The notes beneath the pieces were generated by a model. That model did not search any database. It worked only from the letters and a program-made list of their open reading frames with translations, and was not told the origin of the DNA. The position numbers and the translations under genes were made by a program. A DNA stretch of 64,000 bases from NCBI GenBank assembly GCA_050575255.1, contig JBNZDD010013727.1:1994733-2058732 (forward strand). The letters run 5' to 3'. Origin of the DNA: Harriotta raleighana (Eukaryota). Positions within the stretch are counted from its first letter, which is position 1. The number at the start of each line of letters is the position of its first letter. This document shows positions 53,023 through 63,740 of the stretch, one piece after another.

Positions 53023-53316
53023 AATAATAATAATAATTCTTGCATTTGATATAGCGCTTTTCACATCTTATCAACAACAAAAACAAAATTGCATTTATAT
53101 ATTTATTGGGAGGATGTCCCAAAGCGCTGAACAGTCAGGACAGGACCCGAGCGGCAGGGAGGGTCAGGGGTAGGGGAAAGGGGAAGGAGAGTGGAAGAGG
53201 GGGAAGAGTTAGGAGGGGAGCCGAAGGCGCTGTCGAAGAGGAAGGTCTTGAGATATCTCAAAGCGCTTCACAGAATATACTGTAAAGTGAATTGACTACA
53301 TGTTTGTGGGCGAAAT
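53023..53316 (-). mobile_element. SINE tail split by an L2 3' end (~53076-53252)
   Basis: cacatcttatcaac|aacaaaaac...gaggaaggtcttgag|atatctcaaagcgcttcacagaat; the uninterrupted form is cacatcttatcaacgtcccaaagcgc at ~25218. Confidence 0.85.
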
Positions 53317-53875
53317 CCACCAGCATTAGAGAGTCACTCTAGACTGTTGAGGGTTCCTATTTTTATCCTGTAGTAATTTAGCTCACTAAACAATATCACA
53401 TAGAGTATATGCTAAACTAAATCTCCACATCATCTTGTTATGCATCTTTTTCACTGGCTAAACACTTGCACAGGAAACTCTTTGATTTTAAACAACCGAG
53501 ACTTCATGTATTTTGAATGCAGGAGCAACAGGAAGAAGCAGAGAGCAGACAAGTAAGGAACAACTTGGCAGAGGGTGACAGGACATAAATTCAGGACCCC
53601 TAAGGCCATATTAATGAATATTGCACATGAAAATACAACAAACAGATTTAGCAAGGAAAGCAACTCAGTTCCTAAAGTGGCAACACTATGTACCAAGTAC
53701 AGAATGAAGAGGAGAGGATTCAGAACACTGAAAGCTTTATGCAATCCATAGGCAGCCTCTATAAAGTATGCTGCAGTGGATGTCAGGTCAGGTTAGTACA
53801 GGGTTCAACCTGGAAAACTCATCAACTCTTGCTGCCAAGGCTCATACATAGATAGGGTGAGAAACACAGCATATA

Positions 53876-53988
53876 GCCCACAAATATACAGTCAATTCAC
53901 TTTACAGTATATTCTGTGAAGCGCTTTGGGGCGTTGATAAGATGTGAAAAGCGCTATATCAAATGCAAGGATTATTATTATTATTATA
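53876..53988 (+). mobile_element. Young 5'-truncated SINE tail
   Basis: Near-identical to the reverse complement of 25176-25290; (tta)n end. Confidence 0.9.
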
Positions 53989-54274
53989 TGATATGGTAAT
54001 GATGGTTACCATGCTGTGGGAAATTCCATGGCTGGAGTAATCCCAGTTGAAAACTATCACGTGGAAATGCTCCCAGAATTCATGGAAAAACATTTCACTC
54101 AAAAGCCAATTGTTATAGCTGATAATCATCATATTGAATCTGTTATGAAATGTCACAGAATTAATCCCCCCCATCATCTAATGGTCACTTGGGAAATCTG
54201 TCAGAGTGTGACTGGCTTTCATTCTTAATCCATATCACTGATTTTTCGCAGGAGTAAAATGAAGCAATATAATC

Positions 54275-54640
54275 ACAGATATTTTCAACATAGTAGGCCA
54301 TCCAGCCCATCAAGTCTGTATCACTCATATCTGTATAATTAATCCTTAATATTATTTTCAATTTCCAGTTCCTTCTTCATATCCCTCAACATATTTTTAC
54401 TATTCGGTTGCTTATGGAGTTTTCTTTTGAATGATTATATTGCTCCAGCCTCAGTAGCCATTTGTGAAAGGGAGTTCCAAATTGTAAAAAAGAACTCAGT
54501 GTGAAAATATTAACTTCCAAATGCATTCCTTTTTTTCTGCTAATAATCTTGAGATAGTGCCACCAAATTAAGAAAATACAGTCACCTTTTTTCTATTTTC
54601 CTTGTAATGTATCCTTCAGAATTCTGAAACTCTCTTTCAC
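54275..54640 (-). mobile_element. Old CR1 3' fragment
   Basis: aggccatccagcccatcaagtctgta...agcctcagtagccatttgtgaaagggagttccaaatt is typical of a reversed CR1 3' end. Confidence 0.6.
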
Positions 54641-54644
54641 AACC

Positions 54645-55210
54645 AGACTCCCATGCTTTTCCACACATTTGTCACTTTCCGAAAGGACTATTCGAATGTC
54701 CTCCTCACTGGTCTGCCCAGCACCACTATACACAAAATCCAATCAATTAAAAGTTCTGCTGCTTGGATATTCACCTGCATAAAATTCTGTATCCCCATCA
54801 CACCAGTCCTTGCCATGCTGCTCTGGATCCCAATCACTGAAAAGTTTTATTTCTGGATCCTTTTACTCATTTTCATATCATTTCATTCCCTTGCACCTCC
54901 CTACTATCCAAACTGCTTACCCTCCTCCACCATCTTTGCTTGGCTGGCTCCGGCCTCCTTTTTGTCACTTGTGCCCTAATGGCTTGAGCCACTATGACCA
55001 GGTACTCTCGAATTCTCTCCCTCACTCACTCTCTTTGCCTTGCCTCCTCCTTCCCCACCTTCAAATCCTGTCTAAAAACCGTCCTTTTTGATCATGCTTT
55101 TGGTCAACTCCCTCTCCCTCTCCCCCTGGCTTGTTGTCAGACTCAGCAAATGCGAAGCATGTAAACCCTACACCATATAAAAGGCACTATATAAAAGCAA
55201 GTTGTTGTTA
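54645..55210 (+). mobile_element. L2 LINE 3' end
   Basis: LFHTFVTFRKDYSNVLLTGLPSTTIHKIQSIKSSAAWI...ITPVLAMLLWIP (L2 motif LIHAFVTSRLDYCNSLLxGLP...LQxIQNxAAR...ITPVLxxLHWLP); (GTT)n tail. Confidence 0.9.
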
Positions 55211-55877
55211 CTTGTAGATGAATAGGGAAGAGAAGAACATTATAACATAAAAGAAGGTAAACATAAATCAGGAATCGCATGAATGTCGGATGCAGAATTA
55301 ATGTGCAGCTTAGCCAGCTGGAAACCATGAGAGATGCCATGACAATTTAAAGTATTGATTGAAAAAGGGACTTCACATAAATTATTGAGATGCATTTTTG
55401 GAATCCACAGTATCAGAGATGAACTGAAATGTTGAGTCTTTTTACAGACTAACCACAAACTCCAGGAGAGCCATTAATGTTTTATAGTTTAAAATCAATT
55501 TGATGTTAAGGAATAAAGTATATTTCTTTTAATGGACATTTATTGAACTAAGTGAAGTGAAAAGAAGTACACTTATAGGATGGTATTAAAAGAATGCCGG
55601 GTTACTTTCCACAATAATTTAAATTTCTGTGGCAGTGTATCTGGTAACATGATGTACAGTACTAAGGTTGACTCGGTCTCTGTTGGATCTCTCTAGGTAG
55701 AGATCCAAGGTGGGGAAGGAGGAGGCAAGCCAAAGAGAGTGACAAGAGTCAACAACGATCATCATTCATGGAAGGTTTGTATAGAGTGCTACTACAATGG
55801 GGTGCAGAGGAAACAGTTAGTTCATTGAAATGGTCTAAATATAAATGATCCACTCAAGTTAGTTAGACTTCAGGATG

Positions 55878-56420
55878 CTACTTCAAAGTGCATGCTTAGT
55901 GTTGCTTGCTGGTTTCACTGCACTCAGCCATAGATGCTGTGACCCCCACGTTTGCTTTTCATTCAGTCCTCTGGAACACCTTCATCATGAAGTTCTTCAG
56001 GTGCCTCCTAAATCTCTTGTTCATGAATGCATAGGGGAGTGGATTGATGCAACAGTGGGTGAAGGCCATCTTCTCAGTCAAATCCACAGAGTAATCCAGT
56101 TGCTTGCTGAGTTGGCAGTCGCTGATTCGGGCCAGGTCCTGCAGTCAATGAAGGAGGAGAAAAATATTGTAAGGGAACCACCAGACAAAGAACGCGATGG
56201 CCAGGCCCACCACAGGCTTCTTGGGCTTTCTATTTGTTGAGGAACCTGGACATTGCAGGACCTGAACAAAGCGGGTCTGGAAGAAGATCATGGTGAGGAA
56301 CAGGCTGATAATGCTGAACATATAATTTTGCTTTCAATGGGGATAAAAGTGTCCAGAACAAAACACTGATGGTTAAAATACCAGGAACACATGGAGTTTC
56401 TACCTCTATGGGCTGTGATA
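55878..56420 (-). pseudogene. CC/XC chemokine receptor-like GPCR pseudogene fragment (XCR1/CCR-like; TM4 remnant, TM5-TM7, C-tail)
   Basis: Hand translation: QNYMFSIISLFLTMIFFQTRFVQVL...VVGLAIAFFVWWFPYNIFLLLH*LQDLARISDCQLSKQLDYSVDLTEKMAFTHCCINPLPYAFMNKRFRRHLKNFMMKVFQRTE*. Contains the TM6 WxPYN motif, the ECL3 Cys, the TM7 HCCxNPxxY motif and helix-8 FRxHL. In-frame stops at 56336-56334, 56147-56145 and 55961-55959. GILTISVLFWTLLSP in another frame resembles TM4. Confidence 0.9.
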
Positions 56421-56457
56421 AGGCACTATATCAAATGTAAGAATTATTATCATTATA

Positions 56458-56875
56458 AACTAAAACCCCATTTATCCAGCACCCACGGGACCTGGCCAGT
56501 GGTGGTTAAACGGTTTTCCGGTTTAAAAAATAATTTAAAAAATATATATTTTTAAATTAAAATTATTTTAACACATACCATATTAATAATGGACTAAATA
56601 ATAACAGAATATTGTATTAGTACTTTATTATTTATACTTAACTTCGCAACGGCAGCCCTCATCTGACGGAGGTTAAAAAAACGCCACTTTTAAAAGGAGC
56701 AGGAGTGAGTTTAGACCCGACTAGTGGCCAGCCGCGAGTACCTGCACCAGTACTCACGTGTGACAGTCAATTCATTAAACGCGTCATCACTATTCACCGA
56801 ATCGGGATTTTTTTTGAGATGGCGGTTGAACAGGTTTTCCAGTTCATCGAGTCACAGATAAATAAGGTTTTACTA
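56458..56875. mobile_element. Tc1/pogo-type MITE (family A)
   Basis: taaaaccccatttatccagcacccacgggacctggcca...gagtcacagataaataaggttttacta-ta; reverse orientation to the 61995 copy. Confidence 0.85.
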
Positions 56876-57699
56876 TAATCCTCTTTATTTAAAATACCTT
56901 AGCTGGGGTTAGCAGCATAATACTTCTGGCGTGACTATGGTCACAGATTGAAAGCATGGAGGAAATTGACACTCAATCCTATCTTTAGATACGTGTGGTA
57001 CTTTTTTCGGTTTACAGCTGGGCTCTATTCAGTCCAATTGGCATAGAAAGCAGAGTCTCTCTGCTTGTTTTAGCTCTTGGAAGCATCAGCTAAGCAGCAG
57101 TTAATCTGAAGAATGAAAGAATCATTGGAAGGTGTGGAAATCCATTGTAGAATTGTAGAGTACATCTATTTAGCTAGAAGAAAAGATGCTGCAGATAAAC
57201 AGCTCTTAGAGGAAGAGCAAAGAAACTAGTAACAACAAAAGAAAGATACAAAGGAAACTAGTAACAAACTACCTTCTTATTTTGAGACTGATCATATGAC
57301 CCAAAACATAAAATAAATTATTTATCAATATGAATAAATGCACAAACAGGCCAATTGCACTGCAAAGATTAAAACTATATAATAGTAATGGGTTACCTTT
57401 TATTAATTAAACATAATTTAAAACTATTCTGAAACCATTTAAGCTGCATTAGGATCCTATAATGTTAATTAATTAAATTCAACATAGCCGAACTTTATCT
57501 GATGGCAAATAACAGACCGGGTCTCTGTTGCCTCAGGGATATAGAAGTACACTGTACATTCATGGTTTCAGTGCATTAAACTGAATAATTTCCAAAATAC
57601 TTTAGAATACTGTACCATGTATTTGTAGGGAATTAAACCATAAATTTGTACATAGCAGTCACCCCAAAACAATCATGAAGTGGATGAACACAACAAAAG

Positions 57700-57862
57700 A
57701 TTATCCTTTTTGAATAATGTCATGGCATCTTTAATGTCTATCTTCTGAATAGGCAGACAGGCCTTGTTTAGCATTTAATCCAAAGGCCGATGCAGTTCTC
57801 CCCCGATTCACACTGGAGTATCAGACTACATTGTGAGGTCAAAGTAACGATGTGGAGCTTGA
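57700..57862 (-). mobile_element. Old Deu-domain SINE fragment
   Basis: gaataatgtcatggcatctttaatgtc...ggcagacaggccttgtttagcatttaatccaaag...cactggagtatcagactacattgtg. Confidence 0.65.
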
Positions 57863-59235
57863 CTGTTTGTGAATAGCATATGTTGGATATCAATGTCTGG
57901 TACTTCAAGAATTAATGTGTTTCTTTATATATAGTGTATCATGCATTAATCCAACACCTGAAAACACTTTTATATTTACACTATTTGGAATATAAATGTC
58001 TTGATTGGTCGTTTGAATGGCTCTAAAAGTTCTGCTTCAATGCTAGGAAAATATTAATTACTCTCCCAGCTCATTAATAATATTTTAAAATAAACTAACC
58101 AACATGCTGGTTTGGTTTTACTTTGTTCAGTAAATGCAGAGCTGTCCTCAGTCTCAATCAAGTATGATTTCAGAGTGAAAAATATGAAACCATTTTCTCA
58201 CTACTTTACTTCCACTGTGTAAATAAGGCATATGTGAAAACTATTTAGATATTAAAAATGTCTAAAACTATGTGTAAAACAAGCAAATAGTTTTAGTCAT
58301 TTTTCAGTCAGGGCATGTTTAAGAACTGTTGTTTTGTTTAACAGTATATGCCTTAGTCCAAAGTGAACTGGGAAGGTTTCTTCATTTTGCCAATGAGAAT
58401 GTGTTCTATTGAAGAGTATCATACTTTATTAAGAACTAAACAATCTCATATGTCAGTGATTCTTTTTAACAGAATTCATTGAAGACAATAACAAGACAAG
58501 TTCCACATAGTTGTAATTCCTATGGGAGCAGCAAGAATGAAAGTCCATACCCAGAATCCCTCAGTTATATGGGTCAGTCACTTTTCAACGTGATGAAATG
58601 GAGACTTTTCAATTCAGCCGTGAAATATTGTATGTGACTGATCCAGATTCCTCCCTACAGGATCTGATGGAACATTGTCAAGCAACTGGGCTGCTCTGAG
58701 TTGCAAACCTGACAGATCAAGCTTATGCTCAGATATCATTGTTGATGAGGGACTCAACCTGTCCACTTCTTGCAATCACTCTGAAATGCAATGGGTTCCT
58801 GATGGAGTTTTACAACCTCTTCCTACCTGAATTCTGTTCTGTTATTTCTAAAGCCATAAATCATATGATGAGCTCTTTGCCAGGCACACAGAGGGATGGT
58901 TGTATAACAGTGTTTCTACTCTAGCACATCAAAGACACTAAAAGGATATTTCCATATTAAGATTGAAGAATGAACAACCTTCATTTCTGTCTCATTTTCA
59001 AAGTCTAAAGCTGAAGCTACATGTTTCAAGTTTAATGTCCAGAACTAACTACTGCTGACTCTATTCAGTTGACTGTTTCAAAGTAACAGACAATTAGACA
59101 CTGATTTTAGGCGGTAGCATGCATATCCTAGATATTTGCAATGAATGGGACAGCAGGATACATTTTTATCTACAAGATCTATTCTTTCATCACTCTGTTA
59201 ACAACGTTACTGTGTACATTTTGCATTAACATAAA

Positions 59236-59532
59236 ATAATAATAATCCTTGCATTTGATAAGGCACTTTTCAAGTTCCTAAGTAGATTCAAATCACTTCA
59301 CAGAATATACTGTCAAATTAATTAACTGTAGATTTGCGGGCAAAATGTAGCAGCCAATTGCTCACAGCACTGTCCCACAAACAGTTGTGGATTCAAGTGA
59401 CCAATTTTATTATCCTTTTTTTTTCTTGAGGGATTATTATCAGGCGTGCAAAGTTAGGAAACCATGCTGGGAATCGAATCCAGATCTCTCATTTGCGAGT
59501 CGAGTGCTTTTACCACTGAGCTACAGGAATCC
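59236..59532 (-). mobile_element. tRNA-derived SINE, short subfamily
   Basis: aataataatccttgcatttgataa tail; ggaatcgaatccag...ccactgagctacaggaatcc head. Confidence 0.9.
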
Positions 59533-60017
59533 TCACTATTCAACAAGAGAAAGGAGTTCCCCTGTGTCCTGGCTAAGAGATCCACAGATGAAATTGGTCA
59601 TTTACTTTATAGCTATTTGTGAGATATTGCTTAGAGCAAGTTGGCTGCAGCAGTTGTATACAGCATACAGTCACTACACTTAATCCTATCAAGTTCTTTA
59701 AGATGTCCTCCCAATGTAATTAGTTTGTGAGAATGTCTTAAATGGAAAGAATTATCACTCTCTACCATTCTGACAGATAAATATGTGCCTATTCATTTCT
59801 TTTTCAGTGCCTTACGATGTCCTGCAGGCTTGAAAGGCACTCTATAAATGTAATTTTGTTTTTGTTCGTTTTATCACCTCACAACTCAGGGTGGAATAAC
59901 TGATGGGCTCTGTAGGTAAATATATGAGCTACTATGGACCAGAATAGAACTGAATGCCGAATTTAGTAAGATGAATTAAGCCATTTCAAGTTATAAATAA
60001 TACAGTAATACAGTACC

Positions 60018-60345
60018 TGGATTTGATCAAATGCTTTATGATGTTAAAAAATCTCTAAAGTGCTTCACCTATTAATGAGATCAATTCAAATGTTGCGACG
60101 GTTGTACAGTTGCAAATGCAACAGCTAATCTGCATCAGAAAGAAGCACAAACAATGAGGTTAATAACCATGGATTTGTTTTTTGTGTTTGACTAAAAGGA
60201 AAGATACTGGCAGGGATATTGGGAAAACTCGCTGCTCTTCTGTAAAGTTGTGTCATAGGATCTCAAAGTCCACTGAAACAAGCAGACAAGACCTCAGTTT
60301 AATGTTTCATGTAAAGAATGATACTTGCAACAAAGCAGCACTGTA
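60018..60345 (-). mobile_element. Old Deu-domain SINE fragment
   Basis: aactcgctgctcttc...gtgtcataggatc...gcagacaagacctcagtttaatgtttcatgtaaaga. Confidence 0.6.
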
Positions 60346-61994
60346 AAGAATGTTGATATATTAACACTTTGTAATCGAATACAGGGATAAGTCAGCTATT
60401 ACAGTAATTAGTCCAATGAAGCTATATATATTTAATAAGGTGTATTGGCTAAACAAAATCTGAAAACAAGCTAAGTTAAATTGAGTTATATGAAGCTAAT
60501 ATACAAATCTTCTATTACTTAGATTATTTCATGTTAAGAGTTTAATTTACAGTATATTATTAACTCTAGTCGTGTTCAAGTTAAATTAGTATCCTGCAAA
60601 CCAATACAGTGGAGGATGCACAGTAATATAGAAAGGAGGAAAAGAGGAGAATGTTTCTTTCTTTGGAAGCTATGCCCTGGATAGAGTGATTATTATAATT
60701 TTCAAAGTTCCCAAACATTGCCGGTTTAAAATAAAATCTAAATTGGAAAAGGCTCAATAACTAATAAAGTTCCCTTATGCAAACAACAGTGAAACAGTGT
60801 AGAACAATAACATTTTTAATTCACTGTTGCTAATTTTACAGTTATTGGTTTCCAATCATTTCAGGGAGATGAACAAGTGCTGATTTTGTGAAAGTAAAAG
60901 TCGACGTGAAATCAATAAACTAAAAAACAATTAATTACATTTGCTCACTAACTGATAAAGATAACATTTTTACTGTGAATGCAAAACAGTATTCTACTAA
61001 TAATATACTTTGAACACATTTTGAAACTGCTATTCAGCAGACATTTTCTAAAGGCTTAATCAATCGCTTCAGAAGAACATTTTAGAATCAATTATAAGGA
61101 CTCACAATTAAATCTGCCAGTATGTTATTTCTAGGTTTTTTTTCCAATTTATAAAAATCTTGCTATTTTTTCTGTTTCCTGTCCCCTACCTCCTTCAACA
61201 GATACCAGGAGATACCATACCATAAGAAAATCAACTATGACAATTGTAGATAAAAATTGAAGATCAAACCTACACGTTTAATTATTTTCTCCATCATCAC
61301 AGGAAAAACATCTAAGTCTCTGTTACCTCTATAAATTTAGTCAAAAACATCCATACAGCAATATCAATAGATTTGCATTGTCAGAATAGTACAAATGAAA
61401 AAGCCAAATGAGATATGACTGTTGTAAGATTTTAAGCAGACCTCCACAAAACACACACTCCAACTACAAAGCTCTCTTTAGACTCTAACTAACATGCTAC
61501 TCTTTGAAAGAACGAGTTATTTCTGTCTTTTCTGGTACTTCAAAGGTTATTTTAGGGGTCAATGACACTAAACATTATTTATGCTGGCATCCACTGAAGT
61601 TATAGGTTGACTCTTGATAGTGCACTTTACAATGTTTTAATGGTTCATAAAATATAACTACAGGGAAAAGGCTTGTGAGTTACTATGTTATGAATAATTT
61701 GACTTGGGAGAGAGCAAAAAAAGAAATGTGGGCTTCAATTCAAATTTTATAAACCATATTTCCTAAATGTTAATTGGAAATGCTTTTGCCAATAGATCTT
61801 GTCCATCATTAGACAGCTGGACTGCAAAAGGTTATACTTCAAACATATGAATCTTCATTGGTACTGATAAAGTTTAAAAGCAATATGTATATGAGCATCA
61901 TTTAGATTTTATTTATAAGAGGCTTCATTTTCTCCTCAACGTTATAAAGCGCCCCGCATGTCCTCAATTTCTGAGTTGATAAGCAAGTCAAATA

Positions 61995-62239
61995 CAGTAA
62001 AAGCCTGTTTATCCGTGACTCAATCAACCGGAACTTCCGTATAACCGGCACCTCAAAAAAAGGTCCATATTCGAATAACTGGATCTTATCCGGCACAATC
62101 GCGGTGACGCATTTAATGAGTTGGTTGTCACACAAGAGTACAGTATGATTAGTTCTGAATGCTGCCGGTAGTGGCACTTCCAGTTTTCTTCTTAAAGTGG
62201 CACTGTCGTTTTTTCCTCTTTCCTTTTTCTCTCTCTTCC

Positions 62240-62274
<35 letters not shown>

Positions 62275-63091
62275 CTTCCACCTTCTTTCTCTCTTTCTTT
62301 CTCTTCCCCTTTCTTTCTCTCNNNNNNNNNNNNNNNNNNNNNNNNNNNNNNNNNNNNNNNNNNNNNNNNNNNNNNNNNNNNNNNNNNNNNNNNNNNNNNN
62401 NNNNNNNNNNNNNNNNNNNNNNNNNNNNNNNNNNNNNNNNNNNNNNNNNNNNNNNNNNNNNNNNNNNNNNNNNNGCTTGTGTAGCCTGACTGTATCATAG
62501 GTTTATATACTGTTTTAGTGTGGGGTGGGGTGGGAGAAAGAGAGAGAGGATGGGGGGAAAAGAGAGGGAAAGAGTGGGGGGAGAAAGAGAGAGGAGTGGA
62601 AGGAGGGGAGAGCGATGTGGGGGAGAGGAGTGGGAGGGAGGACGAGAACGGTGGGGGAGAGGAGGGGAGAGAAAGAGAGAGGGGGGATGAGTTGCTTAAT
62701 TTAGATGGAAAATGAGAGGCGTGGAGGGCGTTGGGTTTGGAGCCGTTGAGATGCCAGACTGAGTGTGTGTGGAAGAGAGAGGGAGGGAAGGAGGGAAAGA
62801 AAGAAACAAAAAAGGAAAAACAGTAGCCTTTAAGAGGAAAAAAACTCTTTAATCCGCCATTGTAGAAGTTTGCTTTGTGATTGTGTGCTGTGTTTATAGA
62901 CTGTAATCAATATTTATTACTTTATTGGTAAGTATCCATGCAATATTCTGTTATTATTTAGTCTATTATTAATATGGTATATTTTTTTAAAATGTAATTT
63001 TTTTCTGTTGGGTTTTCTTCTGAATATCCGGCATGCCATTTAACCGGCATTGGCCAGGTCCCGGGGGTGCTGGATAAATGGGCTTTTACTG
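61995..63091. mobile_element. Tc1/pogo-type MITE (family A), longest copy, spanning the N gap
   Basis: ta-cagtaaaagcctgtttatcc ... ggataaatgggcttttactg-ta: near-perfect 20-bp TIRs and TA TSD. Confidence 0.9.
62322..62474. other. Assembly gap (153 N) next to a (CTTT)n/polypyrimidine tract
   Basis: Run of n in the sequence. Confidence 1.
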
Positions 63092-63163
63092 TAATAGGCT
63101 TCTGGACCTCCTTCGTCATGGGGAAAGCACCTGCTATCTTTTTAGCATTTTGTTTAACATTGT

Positions 63164-63465
63164 GGAGCCCTGTAGCTCAGAGATTGGAGTTCTCGCCACG
63201 CAAGTGAAAGAACTTTGTTTGATTCCCAGCAGGGCTTAATGGTGGACCAGTTTCTTTATTTCTCACACCTATGTTGACCGAGTAATAAGTAACAACCCGG
63301 TTGTTAGTCAATTGGTGGATCGCATTTCTGGGGATAATATTTCGTCAAAAAAATAAATGATTTGGCTAGGTCAATCCACAACAGTATATTCTGTGAAATA
63401 CTGGAATGTGTAGACAGAAGACATGATAAGTTGCTATATCAAATGTAAGAATTACTATTGTTATT
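63164..63465 (+). mobile_element. tRNA-derived SINE, long subfamily (diverged)
   Basis: ggagccctgtagctcag head; aacccggttgttagtcaattggtggatcg segment; tatatcaaatgtaagaattact tail. Confidence 0.85.
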
Positions 63466-63496
63466 GTGGTGAGTTCAGTTACTCAGAATAGGTTGA

Positions 63497-63740
63497 ATTA
63501 TAGAATCAAAGAATTTTACGGCACAAAAGGAGACCATTCGGCCCATCATGTCTGTGCCGGCTCTTTAAAAAGAACTATTCAAAGTCAATCCCACTCCCCA
63601 GCTCTCTCCTCATAACACCGCAAATTTGTCCTCCTCAAAATTACTGATGAGTTCATGTCTCTTTACTTTACAGTGAAGGATGTTCCATTGAATATTCTGA
63701 GTGACTACACATCCCAGTATTTAATAATAGTCTCTTTATT
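63497..63740 (-). mobile_element. CR1/HE1-type 3' end
   Basis: atagaatcaaagaattttacggcacaaaaggagaccattcggcccatcatgtctgtgccggctctttaaaaagaactatt. Confidence 0.8.

Noticed and set aside
55875-56240. 121-aa plus-strand ORF
   Set aside because: It is the antisense shadow of the chemokine-receptor pseudogene; the recognisable motifs are on the minus strand.
61902-62715. ORFs of 198, 113, 95 and 65 aa around the gap
   Set aside because: Produced by the N run and simple repeats inside a MITE.
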